39,868 nt of DNA from Planctomycetota bacterium. Lineage in GTDB: Bacteria > Planctomycetota > UBA11346. The stretch spans positions 1 to 39,868 of the forward strand of contig JBBRLJ010000046.1 in NCBI GenBank assembly GCA_038231435.1. Direction: 5' to 3'. A program made the translations under genes and the position numbers. This document shows, in pieces, positions 18,954-28,048 of the stretch. How positions within the stretch are numbered: the stretch's first letter is position 1; every line of letters starts with the position of its first letter. The notes under the pieces were generated by a model. It ran no database searches, was not told the DNA's origin, and saw only the letters and a program-made list of their open reading frames with translations.

Positions 18954-19604
18954 ATGACGACCGGGCGAGTGACGACCACCTACGAGCGATGGCTGCTGCC
19001 CGAGCGTCCGGGGCTGCGCCAGCTCGGCATCGGCATCGTCGCCTTGCTGCTGCCACTCGGCTGTCTGCTCGATGGCGACGGCACCAACGTCTACGCGTTG
19101 GTGCTGTCGATCACCGTCGGCTGCGGGCTCGGGATCGCCTGGGCCTGGCTATGCGGTTGGCAGTGGCTGCGGGTCGCGCCGGTGAGCGCGGTGTTCGTGT
19201 TCGCCACCTGCTTCGCCTCGCTCGCCAACATTGAGCTGATGCCGCGCTGGGACGTGCTGGTGCGCGCCCACCGCGCGATGAGCGACCTGCAGTTCTACGT
19301 CCATGCCCGCCTCGAGGGGCGCGACGCCGAACTGCGCTCCTACAATACCGGCCCGGGCCGCGCGCTGTTCGTCGCGGTCAGCGATCCCGCGAGTGGGCGC
19401 CTGCGCTACGTCTGCACCGGCGAACCGATCCAGCGCTGGACGCCGGTCGGCTACCGGCCGAGCTGCTACGTGCTGGTGCGAGCCGACGGCTCGGGCCAGG
19501 TGTTGAAGAACGCCAGCGAATTCGCCGCAGCGCGCGCGGCGATCGGCGCAGAGACAGCGCCGCCGGTCGCGCCACCACCGACCCCACCCGCGACTCGGCA
19601 GTGA
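18954..19604 (+). CDS. Hypothetical membrane protein
   Basis: Three hydrophobic segments followed by a soluble domain; GC-rich codon usage; 7 bp upstream of the next gene; TATGGT lies 7 nt before ATG 18954. Confidence 0.7.
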   Translation: MTTGRVTTTYERWLLPERPGLRQLGIGIVALLLPLGCLLDGDGTNVYALVLSITVGCGLGIAWAWLCGWQWLRVAPVSAVFVFATCFASLANIELMPRWDVLVRAHRAMSDLQFYVHARLEGRDAELRSYNTGPGRALFVAVSDPASGRLRYVCTGEPIQRWTPVGYRPSCYVLVRADGSGQVLKNASEFAAARAAIGAETAPPVAPPPTPPATRQ

Positions 19605-19611
19605 CAGCGCC

Positions 19612-20094
19612 GTGACGCTCACCGTCGTCTATTACGCCGCACCGCTGTTCACCGACGCAGAGCGCGCCTGGAACGCCGCCAACGCGCGCAGGCTGCGCGA
19701 ACTCGGTCGAGGCGAGATCGAGCTGCTGGTTCCGCAGGAGTTCTGCGCGGCGCTCGACGCGGGAGCATCGCCCGACTTCGCGCGCATCTTCACCGCCTGC
19801 GTCTCGCACCTGGATCGCGCCGCCGCGGTGATCGCCGTGCTCGACGGCGCCGATCCGGATTCGGGCACCTGCTGGGAGGCCGGCTACGCCTACGCCAAGG
19901 GCATCCCGGTGATCGGGCTGCGCACCGATTGGCGTCCGGCCGAGGACGGCCCCGCGAACTGCATGCTCACGCGCAGCTGCGTCGCGGTGGTGGCGACCCT
20001 CGAGGCCGCTTTCTCGGCGGTGGCTGCCACAGTGAAGGCAAGCGTGGTGAAGACGGCGGCGACCAACGCCTCTACCCCCGCGCTCCGCCTCTGA
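19612..20094 (+). CDS. Nucleoside 2-deoxyribosyltransferase family protein
   Basis: YYAAPLF, LDGADPDSGTCWEAGYAYAKGIPV, N..L motifs. Confidence 0.88.
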   Translation: MTLTVVYYAAPLFTDAERAWNAANARRLRELGRGEIELLVPQEFCAALDAGASPDFARIFTACVSHLDRAAAVIAVLDGADPDSGTCWEAGYAYAKGIPVIGLRTDWRPAEDGPANCMLTRSCVAVVATLEAAFSAVAATVKASVVKTAATNASTPALRL

Positions 20095-20128
20095 ACGACT
20101 CGACAGCCGAGCGGCGAACGGGACTGAA

Positions 20129-21892
20129 CTACGGGACGACGCTGACCGCAACCTCATCGAACCAGGCCTTGCCGTCGCCATCGATGCACATGCCGAGGTT
20201 GACGTGCACCGCGCCCGCCGGCACGGCGACGGTCTTGTCGAACTGCGTCCATTCGGATCCGGCTCCCGTGCCCACCGCCTGGATCGTCTCCCACGCCAGC
20301 GATTTCCAATTCGCGTCGAAGGAGCCGAGGCCCACGGTCGTAGCGACCACGCCATCGCTCTTCACCCAGCCGGTGATGCGCACCCGCTTGCCGGCAACGC
20401 CCTCGAGCCCCTGGCTGACATTGCCATTCGCCGTGCCGCCGACCGATTCCACGCGCAGCGCCGCCGGCGCGACCTTGAAGACCTGGGTGTCGCGGACACT
20501 GGCGATCTTGCCGGTGCCGGCCCACACCGCGGTCCACGCGCTCGGGATGGCGTCGCCATCGGTCATGCCGGGATTGACCAGCAGATTGGAGCCCGCGGGG
20601 GCCGGAGGCGTCTCGGCGACGTCGACGGTGACGTCATCGATCCACGCCGCGCCCTCGCCGTCGACCGCGACGGCGATGCGGCAGTTCGGGACGTTGGCCG
20701 GGATCGCGTAGCTGCCGCTGAACGCCGTCCACGCACGGGCCGCGCTGGCGTCGATGACGGTCTGGCTGAAGGCCTGCTTCCATGAGCCATCGAGACCGGA
20801 GACCTCGATCCGGCACCCCGTGAAGCCGGCGTTCTTGGCCTGCGCCTTGACGGTGATGGTCTTGCCAGCGACATCGCGCATGGCCTGGCCCACCGAACCC
20901 TGGGCCGGGCCCCCGACCGAGGCGATGCGCATGGCCGCCGGCGCGGACACCGACGTGGAGGTGTCGCGGGTGATGGCCAGCGTGCCCTTGCCGGTCCAGA
21001 TCCCGTCCCAGGCGAATGGTCGCGATACGCCCTCGTCCATGCCGCCGTTCAGGATCACCTTCCAGCCCGCGTCGCGCGCCAGCATGCGCGCGGTGATGTC
21101 CGCGAGCGTGGGAGCGAAGCGCGTCGCAAGCTCTGGCTCGACCAGGTGTTCGAATTCCATCAGGTAGCGGGCGCCGAGGATCTCGGCCGAGAAGCCCGAG
21201 AAGTGCACCTTATCGCCGAGATCGAGCAGCCCCTCCGTGGTGGCGACGGCGCAGCGCGGGATCTCACGCGGCGCGGCGCCGATGCGGGAGTTGAAGCCGC
21301 TGGTCCACCCCGCATAGCGGCCGAGCTCGCCGCAGATGAACGGCAGCTTCGGCTCGCCGAGGTCGGCGCGCAGATCCGCGACCAGCGCGGCGAGATGCGT
21401 CACATACTCGGCATCGCCCGCATCGGTCTCACCCTGGTGCCAGAGCATGCCCATGAGCGTCCCCTGCTTGGCTGCGGCGAGGATGCGCTTGAGGCTGTCG
21501 TCGTAGTTGGGCGCGCCGTCGCGATCCTTGCCGCCCTTGGCCAGCTCCTTGATGCCGCGCCCGCCGCGCGCGCACTGGATGACCCCGACGGTCACGCCCG
21601 GATGCAGCTCGGCGTAATGGCGCGCAAAACTCTCGCCCGGGCTCATCCCGCTGCCGCGGGCTTGGTCGAGTGGCGTCTTGGCACCGCTCCACGAGAGGTC
21701 CGGCGCCTGGGTCAGGACGCGCGTCGCCGGCTCGCGGTATTCCTCGAGGATCGGCTGCCCCGAACCCGCCATGTTCGATTGCCCCATCAGCACGAAGACG
21801 TGGAACGAGTCCTTGTCGGCGGGTACGGCGTCAGCCGCGGTCGCGACGGAGGCCAAGGCGAGGATCAGCGCGAAGACATGGGCGAAGCGCAT
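20129..21892 (-). CDS. Secreted sialate O-acetylesterase/CE6-like SGNH esterase with two tandem CBM-like domains
   Basis: Signal peptide; GQSNM, WHQGETD, DKVHF; two homologous C-terminal beta-sandwich repeats (NGGM..W.DDV / NPGM..WFDEV); AGGAAGGA SD. Confidence 0.85.
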   Translation of the reverse strand: MRFAHVFALILALASVATAADAVPADKDSFHVFVLMGQSNMAGSGQPILEEYREPATRVLTQAPDLSWSGAKTPLDQARGSGMSPGESFARHYAELHPGVTVGVIQCARGGRGIKELAKGGKDRDGAPNYDDSLKRILAAAKQGTLMGMLWHQGETDAGDAEYVTHLAALVADLRADLGEPKLPFICGELGRYAGWTSGFNSRIGAAPREIPRCAVATTEGLLDLGDKVHFSGFSAEILGARYLMEFEHLVEPELATRFAPTLADITARMLARDAGWKVILNGGMDEGVSRPFAWDGIWTGKGTLAITRDTSTSVSAPAAMRIASVGGPAQGSVGQAMRDVAGKTITVKAQAKNAGFTGCRIEVSGLDGSWKQAFSQTVIDASAARAWTAFSGSYAIPANVPNCRIAVAVDGEGAAWIDDVTVDVAETPPAPAGSNLLVNPGMTDGDAIPSAWTAVWAGTGKIASVRDTQVFKVAPAALRVESVGGTANGNVSQGLEGVAGKRVRITGWVKSDGVVATTVGLGSFDANWKSLAWETIQAVGTGAGSEWTQFDKTVAVPAGAVHVNLGMCIDGDGKAWFDEVAVSVVP

Positions 21893-21979
21893 GGAGTCCT
21901 TCCTGAGTGACGGTAGTGGCATAACGCCAGCACGCGGCGGCCGTGACTCGCCTGTCCACGCTCGGTCGACGGGATCGGT

Positions 21980-22058
21980 CGAGATCGAGCTGGAGCTGGA
22001 GATGGAGACGGGGCACGGCGGGCGCGATGCCCCTCCAACCTCCGCTCCCTCATGCCTC
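21980..22058. repeat. Degenerate hexamer array (GAGNTG/C) with a complementary CTC-rich arm
   Basis: gagatc gagctg gagctg gagatg gagacg ... ctccaa cctccg ctccct catgcc. Confidence 0.45.
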
Positions 22059-22152
22059 TGGCCAGCGTTTCTGGCCGGATGGCTTGGCGATGGCTCGCCT
22101 GCCGCCGCGCTCGTCGCTTGTCGGCCCGATCCGGCGGCGTGTACTCGATGTC

Positions 22153-23439
22153 ATGGCCGCTGGCGCTCCATCCTCAATCCCCACGGCCGTCGCCGAGCAC
22201 GTCGCCGCGCTGTGCGATCGCGCCCGCCCCGCCGCGCGCGTGGCCGCGACCATGTCCGACGCCGCGCGCCGCGCGGCGCTGATGGCAGCGGCAGATGCGC
22301 TCGCGGCCGACGCCGCTGCGATCCACGCAGCGAACGCGCTCGATCTCGCCCAGGCGAAGGCCGACGGCCTGACTCCCGCGCGGATCGACCGGCTGCGCCT
22401 CGACGGCAAGCGCCTCGATGACGTGATCGCCGACCTGCGCAAGGTCGCCGGCCTGCCCGATCCGGTGGGGAAGGTGCTCGAGACCCGCACCATCGCCCAG
22501 GGCATCCGCTGCGAGAAGATCTCGGTACCGATCGGCGTGGTCGCGATCATCTTCGAGAGCCGGCCGAACGTCACCGTCGACACCGCGGCGCTGTGCCTGC
22601 GCAGCGGCAACGCCTGCATCCTGCGCGGTGGCAAGGAGGCGGTGCACAGCAACCGCGCGCTCGCGCGCGCTTTCCGCGCAGGGTTGGCACGCGCCGGCGT
22701 GTCCGAGGATCTCGTGCAGCTGGTGCAGGAGCAGAACCGCCGCCTGGTAGAGGTGCTGCTCGCGCGCGACGACGCCATCGACATCGTCGTGCCCCGCGGC
22801 GGCGAGTCGCTGATCAGCGCGGTGGTGGCGTGCAGCAAGGTGCCGGTGATCAAGCACGACAAGGGCGTGTGCAGCCTCTACGTGCACCGCGAGGCCGATC
22901 TCGCCATGGCACTCGCGCTGACGGTGAACGCCAAGGTGCAGAAACCCGGCGTCTGCAACGCCATCGAGAACCTGCTGGTCGACCGCGCGGTGGCGAAGAC
23001 CTTCCTGCCGCTCCTGGCCACCGAGATGGCGAAGCACGCAGTCGAGCTGCGCGCCGACGCCGAGGCGATCGGCCTGCTGCCCGGCGCCAAGCCCGCGACC
23101 GCCGCGGACTGGACCACCGAGTACCTCGACCTGGTGCTGGCGGTGAAGACCGTCGCCAGTCTCGATGATGCGATCACCTTCACCAACACCCATGGCAGCC
23201 ACCACAGCGACGCCATCGTCACGCGCGACACCGCCGCGGCGGAGCGCTACCTGCGCGAGGTGGATTCGGCGTGCGTCTACCACAACGCGTCGACGCGCTT
23301 CACCGACGGCGGCCAGTTCGGCTTCGGCGCCGAGGTCGGCATCAGCACCAACCGTCTGCACGCGCGCGGGCCGATGGGTCTCGCCGAGCTGTGCACCTAC
23401 AAGTACGTGCTGCGCGGAGATGGACAGGCACGCACCTGA
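22153..23439 (+). CDS. proA: Gamma-glutamyl phosphate reductase
   Basis: VPIGVVAIIFESRPNVT, ILRGGKEA, VPRGG, PGVCNAIE, NASTRFTDGGQFGFGAEVGIST, HARGPMGL. Confidence 0.95.
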   Translation: MAAGAPSSIPTAVAEHVAALCDRARPAARVAATMSDAARRAALMAAADALAADAAAIHAANALDLAQAKADGLTPARIDRLRLDGKRLDDVIADLRKVAGLPDPVGKVLETRTIAQGIRCEKISVPIGVVAIIFESRPNVTVDTAALCLRSGNACILRGGKEAVHSNRALARAFRAGLARAGVSEDLVQLVQEQNRRLVEVLLARDDAIDIVVPRGGESLISAVVACSKVPVIKHDKGVCSLYVHREADLAMALALTVNAKVQKPGVCNAIENLLVDRAVAKTFLPLLATEMAKHAVELRADAEAIGLLPGAKPATAADWTTEYLDLVLAVKTVASLDDAITFTNTHGSHHSDAIVTRDTAAAERYLREVDSACVYHNASTRFTDGGQFGFGAEVGISTNRLHARGPMGLAELCTYKYVLRGDGQART

Positions 23440-23492
23440 CGGCGCGGCGTCGAAGCGCCGCGCCCTCATCCACGACTCGGGCGCCTCAGCCG

Positions 23493-24824
23493 TCAGGCGA
23501 TAAGTGCGATGGCCAGATCCATGACATTGGTTCCAGTGGGTCCGGTCACCAGCAGATCGCCTGAGGAGCGCAATAGCGGATAGGCATCGTGGCGCGCCAG
23601 GTGCGCCGCGGGATCCAGCCCCGCCGCGCGCGCGCGCGCACAGGTTCCGGCATCAACGACGCCCCCTGCGGCATCGGTCGGACCATCGGTACCGTCGGTG
23701 CCGGCGGCGAGCACCGCGAGCGGTGAGCGCGAACGCTCGAGCGCGCACGCCGCGGCGAGAGCGAACTCTTGGTTGCGGCCGCCCATGCCGGGTCGGGCGC
23801 CGAGCGTGACGGTGGTCTCGCCGCCGGCGATCAGGCAGACGCGGCCGGCTCCGGTTCCCGTGGAGATCGAGCCCGCCTCGGCGGTGAATGCCGCCGAGGC
23901 GGCGGCAGCCTCACCGACGAGCCGCGTCGAAGCGATGACCGCCTCGTAGCCCAGCGCGCGCGCCGCCGCCGCCGCTGCCTCGATCGCCTGGCGATTGCTC
24001 GCGAGCATCACGCGCCGCGCGCGCGCGAAGCATGGGTCGGTCGGCTTCAACGCATCGGGCTCCAGGCCCGCCGCCCCGCGCTCGATCAGGCCGGCGACCG
24101 CCGGCGGCAGGCGCGCGAGCAGATCGAAGCGCAGGCACACCGCGAGCGCGTCGGCGAAGGTCGAGCCATCGGCAGTAGTCGGACCCGAGCCGATCACGCC
24201 CCAATCGTCGCCGGCCACGTCGGATATCGCGAGCGTCAGCACGCTCGCCGGCGCGCACGCGCGTGCGAGCCCGCCGCCTTTGAGCCGCGACAGCTTCTTG
24301 CGCACCGTGTTCATCTGCGCGATGTCCGCGCCGCTCGCGAGCAGCAGCGAGGACACCGCCTGCTCGTCGGCGAGCGTCAGCCCCGCGCGCGGAGCTGGCA
24401 TCAGCGCGGATGCGCCGCCAGATAGACACACCACCACCAGATCGCGCTCGGTCAGGCCGGACACCGCGCGCTCGATCTCGGCCGCAGCGTGCTCGCCAGC
24501 AGCGTCAGGCACCGGATGCCCGGCTTCCAACAGCCGCATGCGCGCGAGCGGCACCGCGTGCCCGTGCTTGGTCACGATCACGCCGCCCGAGATGCGCGCG
24601 CCGAGGACCTCCTCGACCCCGCGCGCCATCGCCGCCGAGGCCTTGCCCGCGCCGACCACCACCACCCGCCCACCGAGCGGCATGCGCGCCTCGCCCGCGA
24701 TCAGCGCCTCGCCATCCACGCGGCAGTGCGCCAGCACCGCCGCGCGCGGCTCGACTGCGGCGACCCCCGCCGCGAAAATCGCGCGCGCGTGATCACGCAG
24801 GCTCGAGAGGGACGATGAGGCCAT
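23493..24824 (-). CDS. Glycerate kinase, MOFRL family (TtuD/GckA-like)
   Basis: VVGAGKAS, AGHPVPD, LSGGASAL, LKGGGLA, GGETTV, GGRNQE, GTDGTDGPTDAAG, TGPTGTNVMD. Confidence 0.92.
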   Translation of the reverse strand: MASSSLSSLRDHARAIFAAGVAAVEPRAAVLAHCRVDGEALIAGEARMPLGGRVVVVGAGKASAAMARGVEEVLGARISGGVIVTKHGHAVPLARMRLLEAGHPVPDAAGEHAAAEIERAVSGLTERDLVVVCLSGGASALMPAPRAGLTLADEQAVSSLLLASGADIAQMNTVRKKLSRLKGGGLARACAPASVLTLAISDVAGDDWGVIGSGPTTADGSTFADALAVCLRFDLLARLPPAVAGLIERGAAGLEPDALKPTDPCFARARRVMLASNRQAIEAAAAAARALGYEAVIASTRLVGEAAAASAAFTAEAGSISTGTGAGRVCLIAGGETTVTLGARPGMGGRNQEFALAAACALERSRSPLAVLAAGTDGTDGPTDAAGGVVDAGTCARARAAGLDPAAHLARHDAYPLLRSSGDLLVTGPTGTNVMDLAIALIA

Positions 24825-24876
24825 GGGCCAGCATGATGGCGATCGAGCCGGGGGGACAAGAGGACGCGGACGGCAC

Positions 24877-25111
24877 GTGGAGGCGGAAGACGGAACACAG
24901 AAGATCGAAGCATGAAGATAGAAGAGGGAAGTAGAAGGTAGAAGGTAGAAGCTAGGCAGGTGTCGCCGTGCGGCGGGCACTGATCCGGCACTCACACCTG
25001 CGTCCTTCGCACGTCCGACCGATTCCCTGTCCAGACTCCGAGCCTCCCTCTTCTACCTTCGAACTGCCATCTTCGAACATCTCGCTTCGATCTTCCCGCT
25101 TCCGCATTCTC
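24877..25111. repeat. Inverted pair of degenerate heptamer arrays (NNGAAGN / NCTTCNN)
   Basis: Left arm cggaaga cggaaca cagaaga tcgaagc atgaaga tagaaga...tagaagg tagaagg tagaagc; right arm ccttcga actgcca tcttcga acatctc gcttcga tcttccc gcttccg. Confidence 0.7.
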
Positions 25112-25177
25112 TTATGCGGCTTCCCCCTTCTCCCCTCCGGCTGGCCCGTACCATCCCGGCTCCCCGAAGGAGCGCAG

Positions 25178-26371
25178 ATGTCCCAGGTCGCCATCAATCC
25201 CCGTTTCCGTGGTTTCATCTGCCTTGCGGCGCACCCTGAAGGTTGCGCCACCAACGCCCGTCGCCAAGTCGAGCTCGCGAAGGCGCAGGGCCCCGGCACC
25301 GGCATCGGGCGGGTGCTGGTGGTGGGATCGAGCGCGGGCTACGGCCTGTCCTCGCTGATCACCGCGGTGTTCGGCTACGGCGCGAGTGCCACCAGCGTGT
25401 GCTTCGAGCGACCGGGCTCGGGCGAGAAGACCGCATCGGCGGGCTGGTACAATCTCGCCGAGGTCCATCGCCTGGCGAAGGCGGCGGGCCGATCGATCGA
25501 GACGATCAATGGCGATGCGTTCTCCAATGCGATCAAGGAGCAGACTGTCGCCGTATTGAAGAAGAACGGCGGACCGATCGACCTGCTGGTCTACAGCCTC
25601 GCCAGCCCGAAGCGCACCGATCCCGCGACCGGCACCACCCATGCGAGCGTGCTCAAGCCGATCGGCGCCCCCTACACTGCGAAGACCGTCAACCTCGACA
25701 CCGAGGTGGTCGGCCCGATCAGCATCCAGCCGGCGGTCGAGGTCGACATCGACAACACCGTGAAGGTGATGGGCGGCGACGACTGGGCGATGTGGGTGAA
25801 GGCCCTGAAGGACGCGGGATTGCTCGCGAAGGGATTCCGCACCGTCGCCTACAGCTACATCGGGCCGCAGCTGACCCACGCCATCTACCGCGCTGGCACC
25901 ATCGGCCGCGCCAAGGATCACCTCGAGGCCACCGCGCGTACGCTCGACAAAGAGCTCGCCACGAGCTGCGGCGGCCACGCCTGGGTCAGCGTCAACAAGG
26001 CGCTGGTCACCCAGGCCTCGAGCGCCATCCCGGTGGTGCCGCTCTACATCAGCCTGCTCTACAAGGTGATGAAGGAGAAGAGCACGCACGAGGGCACCAT
26101 CGAGCAGATGCTGCGCCTGTTCAAAGACCACATCGGACCAGGCAAGACTCCGAAGCTCGATGCCGACGGCCGCATCCGCATCGACGACCGCGAGATGGCC
26201 TCCGATGTCCAGGCCGCGGTGGCGAAGCTGTGGGAAACGGTCACCACCGAGAACCTGCAGACGATCAGCGACTATCCTGGCTTCAAACGCGAGTTCCGCA
26301 GCCTCTTCGGGTTCGAGGTCCCCGGCATCGAGTACCAGGTCCCGATCGAGGTCGAAGTCCCGCTCGTCTAG
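25178..26371 (+). CDS. fabV: Enoyl-ACP reductase FabV / trans-2-enoyl-CoA reductase
   Basis: RGFICLAAHPEGC, VVGSSAGYGL, SAGWYN, NGDAFS, YSLASP, VMGGDDW, YSYIGP...Y..GTIG.AK; AAGGAG SD. Confidence 0.95.
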   Translation: MSQVAINPRFRGFICLAAHPEGCATNARRQVELAKAQGPGTGIGRVLVVGSSAGYGLSSLITAVFGYGASATSVCFERPGSGEKTASAGWYNLAEVHRLAKAAGRSIETINGDAFSNAIKEQTVAVLKKNGGPIDLLVYSLASPKRTDPATGTTHASVLKPIGAPYTAKTVNLDTEVVGPISIQPAVEVDIDNTVKVMGGDDWAMWVKALKDAGLLAKGFRTVAYSYIGPQLTHAIYRAGTIGRAKDHLEATARTLDKELATSCGGHAWVSVNKALVTQASSAIPVVPLYISLLYKVMKEKSTHEGTIEQMLRLFKDHIGPGKTPKLDADGRIRIDDREMASDVQAAVAKLWETVTTENLQTISDYPGFKREFRSLFGFEVPGIEYQVPIEVEVPLV

Positions 26372-26401
26372 CAGAGCGGCAATGCCGCAGAGCGACATCC
26401 C

Positions 26402-26608
26402 TCAGCGCGGATCAGCCCAATGATAGATCGGCGTCTCGACGAAGAGGAATCGCGAGTCTGGGGGATCGGTGATGCTGGGGATGCCATAGCGTGGAGCGCC
26501 GGCGGTGGTCTCGCCGCGCGTGCATCCGGCCACGCTGGTCGCGCCGAGCGCGCACGCCAAAAGGATGATCGCCTGGAACATCGCGCGGAGACGGGGGATA
26601 CGGTTCAT
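26402..26608 (-). CDS. Possible small lipoprotein
   Basis: Basic N-terminus, hydrophobic stretch IILLACALGA, lipobox-like VAG-C, about 40-aa mature part; no recognisable family. Confidence 0.4.
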   Translation of the reverse strand: MNRIPRLRAMFQAIILLACALGATSVAGCTRGETTAGAPRYGIPSITDPPDSRFLFVETPIYHWADPR

Positions 26609-26794
26609 GTCGCGTCCGGATGCAGGGCCGTCGGCCGGTTGAATGATCGCCTGCCGCATCTTTCGCCCCCCGACCACCGGCCGACAGCGCCAAGCGGCGA
26701 CCTGGCGACGAGCGAGTCACTTCCTTCGCACACTCGGCGCTCTACGCGCTCTCCGGGATAGCGGCAATCGCCGTGCGCATCCGGGGAATCCGCA

Positions 26795-26829
26795 TTGACA
26801 ATGGTTGTTTAGACGAATATCGTTAAACC
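26795..26829 (+). promoter_or_regulatory. Sigma70 promoter (leaderless) of marR with an overlapping inverted repeat
   Basis: TTGACA-N17-TATCGT-N6-ATG; imperfect palindrome GTTTA-g-ACGA-ata-TCGT-TAAAC spans the -10. Confidence 0.75.
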
Positions 26830-27315
26830 ATGACTGGCCGCCTCGCGCAGGAATTGAAGCAGACCAAGCCGTTCGCGAACCTCGAGGTCGAGGCCTTCCT
26901 GAATCTGGTGCGCACCGCCGATCAGCTCAATCGCGATGCCGCAGCCCTGCTCAAGCCATTCGATCTGACCATGGCGCAGTACAACGTCCTGCGCATCCTG
27001 CGTGGCGCCGGCGATGACGGCCTACCGTGCGGCGAGATCGGCGCCCGCATGGTCACCCACGACCCCGACATCACCAGGCTCCTCGACCGCCTCGAGAAAC
27101 GCGGACTGACCACGCGCGCCCGCGCCAAGGATGACCGGCGGGTGGTGATCGTGCGCATCACCACCGCGGGCACTGCCCTGCTCGCCAGATCCGATCTCGA
27201 CAACGCCATCCTCGGCGTCCATCGCCGCCACTTCGGCCACCTCGACAAGCCCCAGCTCAAGCACCTGATCGACCTGCTCGAATCGGTGCGCGAGCGGCTC
27301 TCTGCGAAAAGCTGA
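26830..27315 (+). CDS. MarR family transcriptional regulator
   Basis: LTMAQYNVLRILRG, PDITRLLDRLEKRGL, DDRRVV..IT..G winged-helix motifs. Confidence 0.93.
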   Translation: MTGRLAQELKQTKPFANLEVEAFLNLVRTADQLNRDAAALLKPFDLTMAQYNVLRILRGAGDDGLPCGEIGARMVTHDPDITRLLDRLEKRGLTTRARAKDDRRVVIVRITTAGTALLARSDLDNAILGVHRRHFGHLDKPQLKHLIDLLESVRERLSAKS

Positions 27316-27392
27316 TCACTCCCATTCCGTCCCGTGACGTCAGTCATCACCCTACGAAACCATTCCAGCCACAGGCACTCAAGGAGCCTTCC

Positions 27393-27962
27393 ATGTCCCC
27401 GATCCGTCATCTCTCGATCGCCACCATCCTGCTCGCCGCCGGAGCCGCAGGAGCCGCCGACACGTACGATGTCGATGGCGACCACTCGGCCGCCATCTTC
27501 AAGATCAACCACATGGGCGTCAGCAACGTCTATGGCCGCTTCGATGCGGTCGCCGGAGCCATCGGCTGGGATGCCGCCGATCCGACCAAGAGCACGTTCA
27601 GCTACACCATCAAGGCCGACAGCATCGACACCAACGCGCCCAAACGCGATCAACACCTCAAGAGCGGCGATTTCTTCGACGCCAAGCAGTTCCCCGAGCT
27701 AACCTTCAAGAGCACCGCGATCAAGAAGGTCGACGACAAGACCTTCGACGTCACCGGCGATCTGTCGATCCACGGCGAGACCAAGCCGGTCACCGTGAAG
27801 GTGGTGAACACCGGCGCCGGCAAGGGCATGGCCGGCGAGAGCCGCATCGGCTTCGAGACCACCTTCACCATCAAGCGCAGCGACTACGGCATGGGCAAGA
27901 TGGTCCCGGCGATCGGCGACGAGGTGCAGATCACCGTCAGCAGCGAAGCGGTGAAGAAGTAG
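27393..27962 (+). CDS. yceI: YceI family periplasmic lipid/polyisoprenoid-binding protein
   Basis: Signal peptide, D..HS...F.I.H, SIDT...RDQHLKS.DFFD, GDLSIHG, IKRSDYG; AAGGAG SD. Confidence 0.92.
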   Translation: MSPIRHLSIATILLAAGAAGAADTYDVDGDHSAAIFKINHMGVSNVYGRFDAVAGAIGWDAADPTKSTFSYTIKADSIDTNAPKRDQHLKSGDFFDAKQFPELTFKSTAIKKVDDKTFDVTGDLSIHGETKPVTVKVVNTGAGKGMAGESRIGFETTFTIKRSDYGMGKMVPAIGDEVQITVSSEAVKK

Positions 27963-28001
27963 CCCTCGGCATTCCAGAGAAATAGAGAGTGCATCGATAA
28001 C

Positions 28002-28030
28002 GGGCGGGCGCCGGATTCCGGCGCCCGCCC
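28002..28030. terminator. GC-rich hairpin after yceI
   Basis: GGGCGGGCGCCGG-att-CCGGCGCCCGCCC, a 13-bp stem with no strong U-tract. Confidence 0.5.
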
Positions 28031-28048
28031 TGTCGCTCAGGAGCCGTC

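Noticed and set aside
21917..21932. Sigma54-like TGGCATAACGCCAGCA upstream of proA
   Set aside because: GG-N10-GC spacing fits, but the -12 element (CAGC) is poor; likely chance in GC-rich DNA.
24825..25177. N-terminal extensions of glycerate kinase and FabV
   Set aside because: They are translations of the heptamer arrays; FabV has a clear SD before 25178.
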